Below are positions 62,132 to 64,000 of a stretch of 64,000 nucleotides of DNA, piece by piece. The position numbers and the translations under genes were made by a program. Source of the DNA: an uncultured delta proteobacterium (GTDB lineage Bacteria > Myxococcota_A > Polyangia > Palsa-1104); contig CAWAWS010000039.1 of the NCBI GenBank assembly GCA_963785725.1, positions 96,001 through 160,000 of the forward strand, given 5' to 3'. Position 1 is the first letter of the stretch; every line of letters begins with the position of its first letter. The notes under the pieces were generated by a model. That model ran no database searches, was not told where the DNA came from, and saw only the letters and a program-made list of their open reading frames with translations.

Positions 62132-64000
62132 ACGCCGCCGCCGACATCCTCGGCCCCGGCGGTCTGTTGGCGCGGGCGATTCCCTCGTACGAGCCGCGCG
62201 CGTCGCAGGTGCACATGGCCGAGCGCGTCGTCGAGGCGCTCGAGCAGCGGCGCGCGCTCCTCGTCGAGGCCGGCACCGGCACCGGCAAGACGCTCGCCTA
62301 TCTCGTGCCGGCGATCGCCAGCGGTCTCAAAGTGGTGGTCTCGACGGGGACGAAGAATCTGCAGGAGCAGATCTTCAAGAAGGACATACCGCTGTTGCAG
62401 GCGCATCTACCGCGCGAATTTACGGCGGCGAACATCAAGGGCATCGCGAACTACCTCTGTCTGCGCCGCTTCAACGAGCACACGGCGCGGCAAGCGTCGC
62501 TGGCGACCGACGGGCGGCTCGAGTCGACGCTCGACGCCATTCGCACCTGGGCCCAGTCGACCGAGACCGGCGATCGCGCGGAGCTGCCCGACTTGGCCGA
62601 CGATTCGCCGGCCTGGCGCGAGGTCTCGCCGACGCAGGAGACGCGCCTCGGGCCGCGCTGTCCCTACTTCGAGCGCTGCTTCGTGACACAGGCGCGGCGA
62701 CGGGCGCACGCGGCCGACATCATCATCGTCAATCATCACCTGTTCTTCGCCGACCTGGCGCTGCGCTCGCTGTGGCCGCAGGCGCAGCTGTTGCCGCCGT
62801 ACGAAGCGGTCATCTTCGACGAGGCGCACCAGCTGGAGGACATCGCGACCGACTATTTCGGCGTCGGCGTGTCGTCGCTGCGCCTGATGGCCTTGACGCG
62901 CGATCTGAGCCGCGCCGTCGCGCAGTCGAACGTGCCCGATCAGCTGGGCGCGACCGCCGTCCACGTCGATATCGCGGCCGAGGCGCTGTTCGACGAGCTG
63001 CGCCGCCGCCTCGCCGGTCGCGGCGAGCGCGTCTCCGTCGACGGCGCGACCTGGGAAGGCGAGACCGAGCGCGCCGCGCACGCGCTCGACAACGCGCTCG
63101 AGGAGCTGGAGTCGGCGCTCGCCGCCGCGCGCGCCGAGGCTTCGCACGACGGCGGCGAAGAGGCGCGCGCGCTCGGCCGCCGCGCCCGCAGCGTGCGCGA
63201 CGACCTGGCGCTGCTCGTCGAAGGCGCGCAAAAGCACGACCGCCGCCACGTCTTTTGGGCCGAGCAGCGCGGCCGCACGATCTTGCTGCACGCCTCGCCC
63301 GTCGACGTTAGCGACGTCTTCCGCGAGCGGCTGCTCGGTCAAGTCGAGACCGCGGTCTTCACCTCGGCGACGCTGACGGCGGGCGGCAGCTTCGACTTCG
63401 TGCGCGCCCGCCTCGGCCTCGAATCGGCGCTGGAGGCGCGCTTGCCGTCGCCGTTCGACTACGCGCGCCAGGCGCTGCTCTACGTGCCGCGCGATCTGCC
63501 CGAGCCCGCCGACGCGTCGTTCGCGCAGGCGGCGGCGGCGCGCATGCGCGAGCTCATCGACATCACCGACGGTCGCGCGTTCCTCTTGTTTACGAGCCAT
63601 CGCATGATGCAAAAGGTGCATGCCCTGTTGGCGCCGACGCTGAAGCAGCCGGTCTTGTTGCAAGGCGAGCAGCCGAAGCATCTGCTCGTCGAGTCGTTCA
63701 AGCGCCAGCTGGGCTCGGTCCTGTTCGCGACGGCGAGCTTCTGGGAAGGCGTCGATGTCGTCGGTGAAGCGCTGTCGCTCGTGGTCATCGACAAGCTGCC
63801 GTTCGCGCCGCCCGATGACCCGCTCATCGCCGCCCGCGCCGCGCAGCTCGTCGAGCAGGAGCGCGATCCCTTCTTGGACTATCACGTGCCGCGGGCGGCG
63901 TTGGCGTTGGCGCAAGGTTTCGGCCGGCTGATTCGCCATCGCGGCGATCGTGGCATCGTCGCGCTGCTCGATCGGCGCGCGGCCACGCGCGGTTACGGCC
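62128..64000 (+). CDS. DinG/YoaA family Fe-S helicase (runs off the window end)
   Basis: Not in the ORF track; GTG 62128 then EAGTGTGKTLAYL, NYLC, C..F..C, VNHHL, FDEAH, TSATL, SFWEGVDV.G, KLPF, QG.GRLIR. Confidence 0.95.
   Translation, partial: MNAAADILGPGGLLARAIPSYEPRASQVHMAERVVEALEQRRALLVEAGTGTGKTLAYLVPAIASGLKVVVSTGTKNLQEQIFKKDIPLLQAHLPREFTAANIKGIANYLCLRRFNEHTARQASLATDGRLESTLDAIRTWAQSTETGDRAELPDLADDSPAWREVSPTQETRLGPRCPYFERCFVTQARRRAHAADIIIVNHHLFFADLALRSLWPQAQLLPPYEAVIFDEAHQLEDIATDYFGVGVSSLRLMALTRDLSRAVAQSNVPDQLGATAVHVDIAAEALFDELRRRLAGRGERVSVDGATWEGETERAAHALDNALEELESALAAARAEASHDGGEEARALGRRARSVRDDLALLVEGAQKHDRRHVFWAEQRGRTILLHASPVDVSDVFRERLLGQVETAVFTSATLTAGGSFDFVRARLGLESALEARLPSPFDYARQALLYVPRDLPEPADASFAQAAAARMRELIDITDGRAFLLFTSHRMMQKVHALLAPTLKQPVLLQGEQPKHLLVESFKRQLGSVLFATASFWEGVDVVGEALSLVVIDKLPFAPPDDPLIAARAAQLVEQERDPFLDYHVPRAALALAQGFGRLIRHRGDRGIVALLDRRAATRGYG

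Overview
The window is not one continuous genome: it joins three fragments. (A) 1-~13225 is a high-GC, probably actinobacterial (Acidimicrobiia-like) piece. It encodes an HtrA protease, a SnoaL protein, ppa, a VOC protein, a MacAB-like ABC operon with two membrane-fusion proteins and a Tat-signal DUF5666-like protein (those three with GGFGG tails), and an ADH-SDR-sulfotransferase unit cut at the junction. Many genes carry single-base frameshifts, probably long-read errors. (B) ~13225-14921 is a short A/T-run-rich diderm piece (Verrucomicrobia-like by style) with the 3' end of glgC, kdsA and kdsC. (C) ~14921-64000 is a Myxococcota-like piece. A GltD/E/F/G (Nfs-like) module lies directly upstream of a ~36 kb Wzx/Wzy surface-polysaccharide locus: OM beta-barrel plus short OPX, WaaL-TPR, rmlBDAC, a WecA fusion, AsnB, carbamoyltransferase, GTs, methyltransferases, wzx, wzc and WbpB/E/D-like genes. 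A UvrD-type helicase, hisBHAF(IE) and a DinG helicase follow. Best leads: the Glt/Nfs-polysaccharide linkage; a structured leader with a 14-aa sORF and intrinsic terminator upstream of the WbpE/WbpB-like genes; recurrent micro-ORFs bridging operon gaps; a WecA fusion to a PglF-type N-terminal region; and the GGFGG-tailed transporter operon. All product calls come from motif recognition, not database searches.
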